A stretch of DNA of 64,000 nucleotides from Cenococcum geophilum (GCA_050273025.1 CP158636.1:2542001-2606000); one strand, 5' to 3'; numbered from the stretch's first letter, positions 25,732-39,933 are shown. Translations and numbers: made by a program. Notes: generated by a model not told the origin, from the sequence alone.

Positions 25732-28700
25732 ATACTACCGAAAGCAGCCACTATAACGCCATTAACGGCGGCAACTACGTTAGGATTAGGTAACGACACT
25801 AGTATAGTAAACACTAACTTATAATAACCTGTAATAGTAGAATAGTTATAAACGATAGTTAATTAGTTAACGGGAGATAATGCGGTACTTAAAAATAGGA
25901 TTAATAGAATAGGAGCAGCAAAGGTTAAGTTACTATTAATTAAAAGATTCTTAGGAGAAAGATTAAAGCTTAAAGGATTCCTTATATAAATACACTTTAA
26001 GGTTATATAGGAAGAAGTAAAGCTAGCAACAACTATAGACTAAGTAGCATATACGGGATTATTCTTGTTAAAAAGAGCACTTAAATAGTTTAAGCCTTAC
26101 CTTATAGAGATATAAGCAAATGGAATAATAATAACGAACCAGAAAGTACGGTTTATGTTTTTAAGCTGGAATGGATTTATAGAGCGACTTATATAAATAT
26201 TTGGGGACCTAGAAGCAATAACTATAGCGGAAAGAAAGCTTTAGGACCTAACGTAATGGACTTTAGTAATTAAGTATGTAATATAATTCTAAACGCTAGC
26301 TATATAACTTAAGTGGAATAATAAGGCGCTTATAGCATAGTATAAATAGGGACTTAAGGCTAAAGTCTAGGACGTAATTATTTTAATAGAAGATGCGGAT
26401 ACCCTAAAGGAATTAATAAATTAAGTAATTAAAATTAATAATAGGATCTTCCAAAGGGAACTGGCTAAGAGGGGCTAGAATAGAGTTTTATAGTTATATA
26501 AGACGCAGAGCACGTAATAACTAAAGCTAAATTAGAAACTATAGTATGGCGCAGAGCTAATAGACCTAAGTAGTACTAAAAAAACCTATAAGAAATAGAG
26601 TAAGAAACTATAGAAATTTAGAGGTTAAGGATCGAGTAATTATAGAACTAAGGAGTATAGGCTAAACCAAGGATTTTAGTAGCAGAAGATGTTTGAGCGA
26701 ACTTTATAATAGAAGTAATGGTTTAAAGAAGAAGCTTATATAAATTATGGAAAATAGGGTTATTTCGCCAGAGACTGTAGAAGTGGTTAGAGTTATTATA
26801 TAGTAAAGGAAACTAGACTAGCAGTATATAACACACATATATAGAGGGATAATAGTACGCTATAAGGAATAAAAGAATGTTTAATTAGAAGTTTTACGTT
26901 TTATTATAATAACGCATGCTAAATTTATAAAAACGCTAAGTATAGTGTAAGCTATTAGCTATAAGAGCTAGAGTTAAAAGAACTTAGAGGAACTAAGGAG
27001 TTAGATAAAGAATAAGATCGACTTTATAAGCTAAATTAAGATATTATAGTAATATGCGGATAAAGATTAGTAATAATAATAATAGAGTTAGAGTACTTAT
27101 TAATTAATAGCGATAAGGATAGTAAAGGAACTAACTAGGGGTATTTAAACCTTAATAACGTAATAGAAGCAGAGACTAAGACCGCTATAAAGTAAGGTTT
27201 AGTAACGGGTATTATAACACTATTAGATACGGCATCTATTACTTTATAAAACGGAAGGAGTAATATCTAGAGATAATTAAGTAAGTAGACGACTGCTAGT
27301 ACTAGCTTACTATTTAAAAAAGGTAAAAAGCTAAAGGCTTAAGATTTTTAAGAAGAGAAGAGAGATAATTAAGATTCTTAAGACGAGATAAGGTAAGCTT
27401 AAAGACCTATAATAGACGGAAACTAATAGAGTAGAGTAGTAGCTTAGTTTAAAGATATACGAATAAGCTTGGGATAAGAATTCCTAATAGTATAAGATTC
27501 TTAAGATAAGATAAGTGAAATCTAGGACTCTTAAGACAAGATAAGGACACTAGTGAAGCCTAGTTAAACTAAGGCTGAAGCTAAGCTTAAGCTAGAAGTA
27601 AGCTTAGGATTAAAGAATCTAAGGGGTTAAGAATTTGGGATATAAATTAGAACATCCGTAAGTAAGAGGTAAAAAGCTTCTTTATAGATTAGAGAATCTG
27701 CAGTATAAATAGTAATTAGACTGGGAGATAGATATATAGACCTAGGAGACTTACTAGGGGAATATAGTATTTAGCCTAAAGATTAAAAAGTTAATACTAA
27801 GATTAGAAAGTACGAAGACTTTAAGGATTTACTTATAAGACGCGACGTAAAAGAAACTATAGAGGAATTTAGGGTAAGAATTACCTTATAGCAAGAACAG
27901 AAACTAGATAAAAGATCTAGTATATTAGGACGTATAAAGGATAGAGCACTAATATAAAGAATTACTAATAGGCCTAAAGTAGGCACACTAAAAGTAAAGT
28001 AGCTTACTAAACTAGAACAAGAAGAGGATTTAGGGATTCCTACTAGGTTTAAAAAACGACACACTAAAGGCTGTTATAACGTAGTAATAAAGAGATATTT
28101 TCTTACGGACGAGCCGTATATACTTAAGCAGCTATACTAAAAGTAGTATAGATAACGACATAATAATAAGTAGGAAGATTTCTATATATAGTTAGACGAA
28201 AAAGTTATCTAAGACCACTCGATTATAGAGAAGGCTATAACTTATATTAAGGGGGCCTTAATTATAATATTAAAGGATCTAAAGGAGTAATTAGAGGACT
28301 AGAGAAGCGAAAGACAAATCTTAGTACCCGTAAATAAAGTTATAACGCTTAGATTAATATAAAAGAGGTTTAAACTTAAGGATAAAGACGAGCTAAGAGT
28401 TAACCTAAGATATTAAGCATATTATACACTATTATAGATAGCATATATGGATAATATGTATAACATATATAAGACACTAAAAGATAAAAATTGAAAGTAT
28501 TTAATAAGGATATATTAGATAACGGATAAGGCGAAATATAAAAACGTTAAGTATATATATAGTTAGCACTTAGTAGAAGTTTAAGAATAAGGGGACTTAA
28601 TACTTTAACCAGGAAGATTCTTTACGGAAGAATGCCTAGACAGACAATAATAGTGGGAATATTTAAAGAATACCTGTCTATAGTATATTAAAGACAAAAA

Positions 28701-28780
28701 ACAAATTAAGTATTGGCTTAAGTTAGACTAAGTATAAATAGGATCTAGTAGATAATAGTTAGGAAAAGTGGAGGCCTATA
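25732..28780 (+). pseudogene. gag: gag of H with CCHC knuckle (~26735-26785) and ~2-kb C-terminal extension
   Basis: Start RIPed to ATA; AYINYGK*GYFARDCRSG is a RIPed CxxCxxxxHxxxxC; end approximate. Confidence 0.75.
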
Positions 28781-28849
28781 AAACTAAAGGGAGCCAGTAA
28801 TAGAGCCTTAGACCCTTAAGGGAATTTAAGAATAACACCTAAATTTATA

Positions 28850-31800
28850 AGTTAAATAGTAAGATTAATAGTTTAAGGTATTAATAGATAGTGGAGTAAC
28901 CAGGAACTATATCTCGCTAGCAGCAGTAAAAAGAATAGGATTACCATATAGGTAAAAGGAATGTCCTTACCTATTAGTGACGATTTTAGGGGATTTAATA
29001 GCCTACGGAGGAGGCATTATCAATCTTAAAATAGGACTAGTTTAGCTAACTATTAAAGGAAGATAAATTGAGATGTCCTTTAATATATTACTATTAGGGA
29101 ATAATAAGGCAGTATTAGGAATGCCTTAGTTATAGAAATATAATCTAAAGATTAATTAGGTTATAGGTTAAGTTAATATTAAAGATACTTAATAACATAA
29201 AATATAATAATAAGCTAAGCTAATATGGTACTAAGTAGGAGCGACCTATAAAGAAACGGAAAAAGGATTAAGTTATATACTAAAGAGATACTATAAGTAT
29301 GGCAAAAAACTATGGTTACCTAAGAGTAAAAAGCTGTTAGAGTATATAGTATAGAACTATAAAATAGAATTAGAACTAGAAATAAGTCTAAGGTTCTTTC
29401 CAATCTATAAGCTTACTAAAGAAGAAGGTAGAGCACTAAAAGAGTTTATTTAAGAGAACTTATAAAAGGGATATATTAGATTATTGTAGTTATTAGCGGG
29501 TTATCTAGTACTATTCGTACCAAAAAAGAATGGTAAACTAAGGCTGTATATTAACTATAGACAGTTAAATAGTATTACTAAAAAGGATAGGTATCCTTTA
29601 CCCTTAATTAGCGAAATCTAAGATAGAATAGGCAATGCGTAAATCTTTATAAAAATAGATCTAAGATAGGCGTACTATTAGATTAGGATTAAGGAAGGCA
29701 ATAAATAGAAAGCAGCCTTTAGGTTAAAGAAAGGACTATATAAACCACTAGTTATGCAATTTGGGCTTATAAACACACTAGTAATATTCTAAAAGCGTAT
29801 TAACAATATATTAAAAAAATATTTAGATGAATTTATTATAGTATACCTTAATAACATTATTATCTACTTAATAAGTAAGAAAGAATATGGAGAACACGTT
29901 AAATGGGTTTTAAAGAGACTATAGGAAGAATAAATGCTAGTAGCAATTGAGAAATGCGAGTTCTTTACTAGGAAGACTAATTTTATTAGATTTATTATTA
30001 AACTAGGCTAACTTAGTATAGATCTAAAGAAAATCGAGGCTATAGTAAATTAGTAAGAACTAGAGAACGTTATATAGTTAAGATTATTCTTAGGGTTTTA
30101 TAATTACTATAGAAGGTTTATAGCGCAATAGTTAAAGGATATTAAACTATTTATATGATTAATAAAGAAAGAAGAATTATAGGTATAGGGAGAGGAACAG
30201 CGAGAACTCTTTAAAAAAAGTTAAAGAGTTATTTACCTAGGAGCCAGTTCTTAAGATCTATTAACTAGGACTAGAGACGGTTATAGAAATAAATATATTA
30301 GACTTTATACTAGGAGTATATTTTATATAAAGGTATCTAGATAGATAGTATCTAGTGGCATACTATAGTCGGAAAATAATACCACTAGAGTTAAACTATA
30401 ACATCTATAATAAGGAGTTATTAGGTATAGTTACAGTACTAAAAAAATAGAGAGCATTTTTATAAGGTATAGAAAAACTATTTATAGTTAGGACGGATTA
30501 TAAGAACCTAATAGGATTCCTAACAATAAAGGAACTTAATTAAAGGTAGGTTAGATGGGTAGAGATACTTATAAAATACCATTTTGAAATTTAGTATACT
30601 AAGGGTATAGATAACACGCGAGCTAATGCATTAAGTCGAAAGGTTAAACTATAAAATGATAATAAGCTATTAGAGGCTTTACTGCGAAGAGATATAGATA
30701 GACTAATTAGGTATAATCATTTAAAGATTATAGCAACGTAAGAAAATAAGTTAGAAAAGATTTATAAGATATTAGAAAGCTTTTAGGTATAAAGGATTCT
30801 AAAAGTATAACTAGAAGACCTATAATTAGATATATATAAAAACCAAAAAGTAAAGTATATCCTAAGGAGCATAGCAGAGCAGTTTATGGAGGAATTCTAT
30901 AAAGGATTAACTTAAGGATATAATGGAGCAACGGGCTTAGTGTTAAGACTCTAGAAGGAGTATATTATTAACAAAATTTAAAGGATAGCTAGAAAGGTTA
31001 CTAAAGAATGTTTAAATTGCTAAAGGAATAAACTAATAAGGCATAAGCTATATAGAGGGCTATAACCTATTAAAATACCAGAAAGACTATGGGAGGTTAT
31101 ATTATAGGACTTTATTATTAAGTTACTAAAGTTAAAAGACCCTATTACTGGATAGGACTACAATATAATCCTAGTAATAGTAGATAAGCTTATAAAGTAG
31201 GGATACTTTATAGCCTATACGGAAGAAATCTTAGTAGAAGATATCGCTAGAATCTATATTAAAGAAGTATTTGCAAGATATAGAGCACTAAGCAAAATTA
31301 TATCGGATAGAGATCTAAGATTCGTAGCAGTATTTTAAAAGGTATTCTTAGCGGAATAAGGAATTTAAGCAGTAACTTCTACCGTATATTATCTATAGAT
31401 AGATAGTTAAATAAAAAGATTAAACTAGACACTAGAACAGTATCTAAGGCACTATATTAATTACGTATAGAACAATTAAGTATCGCTATTACTAGTTATA
31501 TAATTTACATATAACGTAACACTATAAAAAGGAATAGGTACGTTACTATTTAAGGCGAATTATGGATATAAGCTAAAAATATTATTATTGCTATAATAAG
31601 CAAAGAAAATAAGTAGCTAAGCTAAGTAAAGAATAGAGACTTTAATAAATCTTTATACAAACCTTATAGAAACAGCTAAGACAGTATAGTAAAGAATAAA
31701 AAAGTACTACAATGCTAAGAGATCTAAGGGACTAGATCTTAAGGAGGGAGATAAAGTATGGCTACTATACAAAAATTTTAAAAGTTAACAACTAAGTAAG

Positions 31801-32170
31801 AAGTTAGACCACGTTAGGTTAGGACCTTTTAAAATTATATAAAAAATTTCACTAGTTACGTTTAAGTTAAACCTACTAGCTAAAATAAAGATCTACCCTA
31901 TATAGTATATTGTAATGCTAGAGTCAGTATATGGAAATATTAAGCCACTAACCTATAAGGCAGACATGTATAGAGGACAAAAGGAAGACGAATAGTAAGT
32001 TTTAAAGATTGTTAGTTATAAGGACGTAAATAATAAAATATAGTATAAAGTAAAGTAGATAGGCTATGACAAGACTACCTAGGAGCTACTAGAGAATCTA
32101 AAAAACGCTATAAGAAAGGTACAGGAGTATTAAAAGAGAAAAGGTTAGGCAATATTAATAAAAAAGAATT
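28850..32170 (+). pseudogene. pol: pol of H
   Basis: LIDSGVTRNYI (PR, ~28881), YLNNIIIY (RT, ~29844), RH ~30230-30640, IN ~30890-31570, chromodomain ~31990-32130. Confidence 0.88.
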
Positions 32171-32759
32171 ATTAAAGAATGAGCCGCCTAAGGGGGACCT
32201 GGGAAGAGCGACTACCGAACTACTTAAAGTTATTTCCTTCTCTATTAGAAGAGAATCCGTTCTTTTATTACTAAGTTCCTGTAGACCTTATTTTATAAGT
32301 TTCCACTCCTTAAAATAAACCTTCTTATATACCTTCTTAAGACAAAGTAGATAGGTAGATGCCGTAATATAAGTATCTAGGGCCTTCTGTTCTATATCCT
32401 AAAAACACTTAAGCTTAACAAAGGCCTACGTTAAGTTACTATTAAGCTTTATAGCAATAGATTAAACATAAAACCCTATAATAAATTACTTAGGGAACTT
32501 AAAAACTATTAAGAGTTATAAGACGCGTATACTTAGCGTTAGAAGTAAAACGAATATCGTAAGACAATTAAATGTTTGCTTTAGTACACTCTAAATAAGA
32601 AAAGGGTTGCTGAGATAAAGGACTCGCTAACGCGATATATACTAACCCCTCCTTTAAGTAATAAGAATATAGAGATAGTATTATTTTACTAAGCGATAAT
32701 ATTGCAGCAATAGTGCGAGCACGACGTTGCGCGTATAAAGAAGAAGAAGCTTTAGGCAT
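32108..32759 (-). pseudogene. Antisense two-exon gene of H: Zn2Cys6-like cluster, coiled coil, acidic/aromatic tail
   Basis: ATG at 32759 (ORF track 32568-32759); inferred intron 32530-32476; exon 2 KLNSNLT*AFVKLKCF*DIEQKALD...LKKVYKKVYFKEWKLIK*GLQEL; true stop uncertain. Confidence 0.65.
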
Positions 32760-34469
32760 TATAAGTAATAATATTAACTAAATTAATTAGACGGATATTA
32801 TACCTCTAGTAAACAACTTAAAGATACTAGGTATCTTTAAAGATAAAAATAGAGAGGAGGAAAATAGTGTTATAAACGCTTTAAGCATAATGTTATAACT
32901 ACTTAGAGAGGAGTTAGAAGAAGCTAGTTAGTTAATATAAGCATAGTCTAGGATAGAACCCGTGGAACTATATAATAAGGAATGGTAGCTAAGGTTATAT
33001 AAGGTGCTATAAGAGGAACAAGAGGAACGAAAGAAACTTACGTACCTTATATATAAGACGTACATTACGTATAAGAAGGATTTTATAGGAGTATAGTTGT
33101 GTATTTAAGGACCCTTAGTCCCTACCTAGATAGTTCCTTCCTTATAGTAATTCTTAGAATATAATTAAAGTTAATCTGTTAAGTAACCACTCCACTAGTT
33201 ATTATTACGTTGTTAACTTACTTACAATACCTACACACCTAGCCCATTAACGAGCACACCGTAGTCCCTACTACAAGGCTTCGTTATATATAGATTAGAG
33301 AATCTATAGTATAAATAGTAGTTAGATTAGGAGACAGATATATAGACCTAAAAGACTTATTAGGTAAACGTAGTATTTAACCTAAAGATTAAAAAGTTAA
33401 TATAGCGATTAAGAAGCAAGAAGACTTTAAGGATTAATCTATAAGATATAAATAATAAGAAACTATAGATAAGTTTAGGGCAAAAATCCTTATATAGTAA
33501 GAAAAGAAACTAGATATAAGATCTAGTATATTAGGTTATATAAGGGATAGAGCACCTATATAAAGAATTACTAATAGGCTAAGAATAGGTATACTAAGAG
33601 CTAAGTAGCTTACTAAACTAGAAAATGAAGAGTATTTAGGGATTTTTATTAAGTTTGAAGAATAATATATAAAAGGCTGTTATAACACAGTAATAAAAAG
33701 ATACTTCCTTACGGACAGACCGTATATACTCCAGCAGCTATACTAAAAGTGGTATAGGTAACGACACAATAATAAGTAGGAAGATTTCTATATATAGTTA
33801 GATAAAAAAGTTATCTAAGACCACCTAATTACAGAAAAAGTGATAAATTATATTAAGGAAGCCTTAATTATAATATTAAAGGATCTAAAGGAATAATTAG
33901 AGGACTAGAAAAGTAAAAAGCGCGTTTTAGTACCTATAAATAAAGTTATAACGTTTAAATTAATATAATAGAGGTTTAAACTTAAGGATAAAAATAAGTT
34001 AAGAGTTAACCTAAAGCACCTAGTATACTACACGCTATTATGGATTGTATGCGTAAACGATATATACAAAATGCATAAGAATCCAAAGGAAAAGAACCGG
34101 AAATACCCTATAAGGATATATTGGGCGCTAGATAAGCAATAGTATAGGAATACTAAATATATATACAGCTGGCATCTAGCAGAAGTCTAAGAGGAAGGAA
34201 ATTTAATACTTTAACCGGGAAGATTCCTTACGGAAGAATACCTAAATAGATAATAATAGTGGGAATATCTAGAAAACACCTATCTATAGTATATTAAAGA
34301 TAAAAAGTGAATTAGGTATTAGCTAAAAAATAAGCTAAGTATAATAGGATTAAGCAGCTAATAGTTAGGAAAAGTAGAGGCCTATAAAATTAGAGGAAGC
34401 TAGTAGTAGAGCCTTAGACCCTTAAAGAAATTTAAGGATAATACCTAAACCTAAGAATTAATTAGTAAG

Positions 34470-37400
34470 ATTAACAGTTTAAAGTATTAGTAGATAGTGG
34501 AGTAATACAAAACCATATCTTACTGGTAGTAGTTAAAAGGATAGGGTTACCACATAGACAAAAGGAGCACCTTTATCTATTAGTAACTATTTTAGGAGAT
34601 CTAATAGCCTATAGAGAAGGTATTATTAATCTTAAAATAGGACTAATTTAGATAACTATTAAAGGAAGATAAATTAAGATATCTTTTAATATATTACCAT
34701 TAGGGAATAATAAGGCAGTATTAGGAATACCTTAGTTATAGAAATATAATCTAAAGATTAATTAGGTTATAGGTTAGGTTAATATTAGAGATATATAATA
34801 ATATAAGATATAATAATAAACTAAGTTAGTATGGTACTAAGTTAGAGTAATATATAAGGAAACTAATTAAGGATTAAGCTATATACTAGAGAGATACCAT
34901 AAATATAGCAAGAAGCTATAGTTATTAGAAAGTAAAAAGCTATTAGATTATATAGTATAGGACTATAAGATAGAGCTAGAACTAGAAATAAGTTTAAGGT
35001 TTTACCTAACTTATAAGTTAATAAAAAAAGAGTTATAGGCACTTAAAGAGTTTATCCAGAAAAATCTTTAAAAGGGATATATTAGACTATTATAGTTATT
35101 AGCGGGATATCCAGTACTATTTATACTAAAGAAGAATGGAAAACTTAGGCTATATATTAACTATAGACAGTTAAATAGCATTACTAGGAAGAATAGGTGT
35201 TCTTTACCCTTAATTAGTAAAATCTAAGATAGGATTAGTAACGCGTAAATCTTTATAAAGATAGATCTAAGATAGGTATACTATTAGATTAGAATTAAAA
35301 AAGGCAATAAATAGAAGGCAGCCTTTAGGTTAAAAGAAGGACTATATAAACTACTAGTTATGCAATTTAGGCTTATAAACGCACTAGTAATATTTTAGAA
35401 GCGTATTAATAATATATTAAGAGAATACTTAGATAAATTTGTTATAGTATACCTTAACGATATTATTATCTACTTAATGAGTAAGGAAGAATACGGAGAA
35501 TATATTAAATAGGTTTTAAAGAGATTATAAGAAGAATAAATGCTAGTAGTAATTAAGAAATGCGAGTTCTTTACTAAGAAGATAGATTTTGTTAGATTTA
35601 TTATTAAACTAGGCTAACTTAGTATAGATTTAAAAAAGATTGAGGCTATAGTAAATTAGTAAGAACTAAAAAATATAATATAGTTAAGGTTATTTCTAGG
35701 GTTCTGTAACTACTATAAAAGGTTTATAGCTTAATAGTTAAGGGATATTAAGCCACTTATAAGATTAATAAAGAAAGAAGAACTATGGGTATAGGGAGAG
35801 GAATAAAAGGAACTATTTAAGAAAATTAAATAGTTATTTACCTAAAAGCTAGTTCTTAAAATCTATTAACTATAGTTAGAGACAGTAGTTAAAACGGATA
35901 TATTAGACTATATACTAGGAGTGTGCTTTCTATAGAAATATAAAGATGGATAGTACCTAGTGGTATACTATAGTTAAAAGATAATACTACTGGAACTAAA
36001 CTATAACATCTATAATAAGGAGTTATTAGGTATAGTTACAGCACTAAAGAAATAGAGATTATTCTTATAAGGTATAGAAAAACTATTTATAGTTAAGATA
36101 GATTATAAGAACCTAATGGGGTTCCTAATAATAAAAGAACTTAATTATAGATAGGTTAGATAGGCGGAGATACTTATAGAATACTATTTTAAAATTTAGT
36201 ATATTAAGGGTATAGAGAATGTATAAGCGGACGCTTTAAGCAGGAAGGCTAAACTATAAAATAATAAAAAGCCGTTAGGGGCTTTATTGCGAAAGGATAC
36301 AGACAGATTAATTAGGTATAATTATCTAAAGATTATAGCAAAATAAGAAAAAAGACCTATAAATTACTAGAAAGTAATTAGATATAAAAGATCTTAAACG
36401 CATAAATAGAGGATTTAGACTTAGAGTAGTACAAAAATTAAGAAGTAATATATGTACTAAGACCTATTGCAAAAGAGTTTATTAAGTTATTCTATAAAGG
36501 ACTAACTTAAGGATATAATAGAGCTATAGGCTTAGTGTTAAGACTTTAAGAGGAGTATATTATTAATGGAATTTAGGGACTAGCTAGGCAAGTTATAAAA
36601 GAATATTTAGATTATTAAAGAAATAAACTAATAAGGTATAAGCTATATAGAGGACTATAACCTATTAAAATACTAAAGAGACTATAGGAGGTTATATTAT
36701 AGGACTTTATTATTAAGTTACTAAAGTTAAGAGATCCTATTACCAGATAAGATTATAACGTAATCTTAGTAATAGTAGATAAGCTTATAAAGTGGGGATA
36801 CTTTATAGCATATTTAGAAGAAATATTAGCGGAAAATATCGCTAGAATCTATATTAAAGAAGTATTTATAAGACATAGAGCACTAAGTAAGATTATATTA
36901 GATAGAGATCTAAGATTTATAACAGCATTTTAGGAAGTATTCTTGGTAGAGTAAAGAGTTTAAGTAGTAACTTCTACTATATATTATCTATAGATAGATA
37001 GTTAAATAGAAAGATTAAATTAGACACTAAAACAGTATCTAAGGTATTATATTAATTATGCACAGAATAACTAGATATTATTATTACTAATTATATAGTT
37101 TATATATAATACAATACTATAAGAAGGAATGGGCATATTACTATTTAAGGCGAATTACGGATATAAGCTAAGGACCTTATTATTGCTATATTAAGCAAAG
37201 AAGATAAATAGCATAGCTAAGTAAAGGATAAAGAGTTTAATAAATCTTTATGCAGACCTTACGGAAATAGCTAAGGTGGTACAGCAAAGGATAAAAAAGT
37301 ACTATAATACTAAAAGATCTAAGGGACTAGATCTTAAGGAGGAAGATAAAGTATGGCTACTATATAAAATTTTTAAAAGTTAATAACTAAGTAAGAAGTT

Positions 37401-37657
37401 AGACTACGTTAGATTAGGACCCTTTAAAATTATATAGAAAATTTTATTAGTTATATTTAAGTTAAACCTACTAGCTAGAATAAAGATCTACCCTATATAG
37501 TATATTGTAATACTAAAGCCGGTATATAGGAATATTAAGCTATTAGTCTATAAGGCAGATATATATAGAGGATAAAAAGAGGATAAATAGCAAATTTTAA
37601 AAATCGTTAGTTATAAGGACGTAGATAATAGAATATAGTATAAGGTAAAATAAATAG
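34470..37657 (+). pseudogene. pol: pol of gypsy A, chromodomain split by copia I (resumes at 51665)
   Basis: LVDSGVIQNHI, YLNDIIIY; colinear with H; YKVK*I|GYNKTT*KLL across the insertion. Confidence 0.85.
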
Positions 37658-39933
37658 TATTGGACTTATAAGGGGATATCACGTAGCTACGGTTCGTAGA
37701 TAGTATAATAATTATTCTTCTTCTTCTTAATTTATTCTTAAAGAAAGGGGTAAGGAACTTAAGGTTCCTTACTACGCTAGTATTGCAGTGGTATGTGACG
37801 GCAACTTGCCGTATATAACGGTAACTTGCTATATATAGTGGTAATATGCCTTATATAGTAACCACTTGCCTTTATTCCTAATATATATATACCGCTTAAC
37901 TAGCGTAGTAAATATTAATCCTCTTTATTTACTATTACTATTATAATATAAGTCTTACTATCCTAAAATTTGCCTCTTAGTACGTGGTGCTTTCTTACTT
38001 AGGAGTTATAGGTAGATATTATGTCCAGAGGGCCGCTAAGGCGCTAGTAGTAAGCGAGCTAATAGCGATTTTCTATCCCGGGGATGGAAAATCCTAATTA
38101 GCTAGATTAAGTTAGGCTCCCCCTTTAAAAAAGTCTTAGTAAGAGAATCTAACTAATTAGATAACTTTAACCGCCGGTTAAAGTTCCTAGATATCTTAAG
38201 ACCTTACGTAACTAAGAAATTTCTAGGGACTCCCTTTTAACCTAACCTTTAACTTATATACGTAGAGTATTTGTGTTAATAAACGTCTCTAGTGCCTTAT
38301 TTAGGTTTACCTTTATTATTATATCTACCGGGTTATTTTAGCCATTAATTTATTAAATCTTAAAGAGTTCTTAATACTTGTAGGATTGCTAAAGGGCTAT
38401 AATATTAATTATAAGACGCTTCTCCTTTATAGTACTAAGCTTAACTAAATATTTATAGAGGGAATATAAGTTAGTGTATACAATTATAGGAATAGTAGGA
38501 AGTTTAAGCCGATCTATAATTATCTTAAGGGTAGTTCCAATTGTAATTGCTATATTAACTCCGCTAACTATTCTATATATCTCTAACACTAGAACGCTTT
38601 AAATAATGCGCTTACTCTTAATTAAGCTCTAATAGATAAGATTATTATAGATTATAAAGTTATTCTCTTTAGTAGATTTATTCGCGATAATAATCTTATA
38701 TCCTAGCTAGAAGCTAAAATCTTTATTATTTATAAATAACCTATTAATAAATATAAAGAGCTTAGCGGTGGGAAGATTAATAAATATATAGAGTAATCCC
38801 TAATTAAGATAGGTTATTTACTAAAAAAGGCGCTTATTTAGGGTAAGGATGTCCCCCTTAATTAGTTTTTAGTATTAAGCGGCAATAGAGAGATTAAAGG
38901 AAGCCTTAGGCTAACAGATAAAAGCAACATAAGCTCCGCAAGCGCGTTGCTCTACATATCCTTACTTTAGGGAATTAATATTAATAACGTTAATCTTCTT
39001 ACCTTAACCCTTCTGGCGTAAAGTAATAGAGTCCTTATTTAGGGAAAGGATACATCTATTAAAGAATAATAGCGTTATTATATTAAGTCTTTCCTTTAGC
39101 TTTACTATAAGATTTGCCTTTACTAGCTTATCTTCCTTAAGAGCTAAGAATTAATTATCTCCTAAGATAATTATATTATTAGTTTATATGCCGATAATTC
39201 TAAATAGAGTTCCCGTAGTTATAATAAGGAAGTAGGGATTAAATATAAAGGTAATTATTAGAAGCTTCTCTTTATAGTACTTACTATAAGTAGCCTACTA
39301 ATAAGTTCCTACCTCTATAATTCCATATAATGGCTTAAGTATAACTATAATCGTATCTTCGGGATATTGGTGGCAAATTTACTCTAAAAGATATGCCAGT
39401 ATTAAGCGCTAAAGGCGCGTCTCTAATTAGGTGTAGGCCTAAGTGATATCTTATAAATAAACTACTATTCTGTTCTTTATTAAGGAGGAAGCTAGTGTAA
39501 TAATAACTCGCTAACTAGCTTATTAAATTATAGGGGATTGCGTATGGATCGTCTCCTTACTGTTATTATTATAGCCTTAAATAACAAGCCTTAATTTCTC
39601 AAATAGGGCGTTAGTAGCCTTACCCTTAATCTCATTAACTATTCTTAACTTAAAGATATAAATTCCATCGAACTTAGTAGGGTCATACTTCTTAAATTTA
39701 AAGACTCCTCTTATAATAAGACTGTCGATTTCCTGCTTATTAGATACTTAGAAAGGAGCTCCTAAAGTTATAATATAACCTTCCTTTTAGAGCTGTTTTG
39801 CGAGCTTAAAGTTAGCCTTCTCTTTAGCTGTTATAAAGGCCATTAATAACTTAACTCTACTCTCTATAGCAGCAATAAATTACTCTTTAAAATTAATAAG
39901 ATATTAGCAATTTCGTAATCCCTTCGGGCAACC

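Larger units (their letters stand above)
25271..33288 (+). mobile_element. Ty3/gypsy chromovirus copy H, structurally complete and uninterrupted (8018 bp), inserted in A
   Basis: 421-bp LTRs at 25271-25691 and 32868-33288; TSD TATAG; gag, PR, RT, RH, IN and chromodomain in order. Confidence 0.95.

Noticed and set aside
30213..30220. +1 A in pol of H relative to B
   Set aside because: Lies in a RIP-created poly-A run; slippage or sequencing error rather than programmed frameshift
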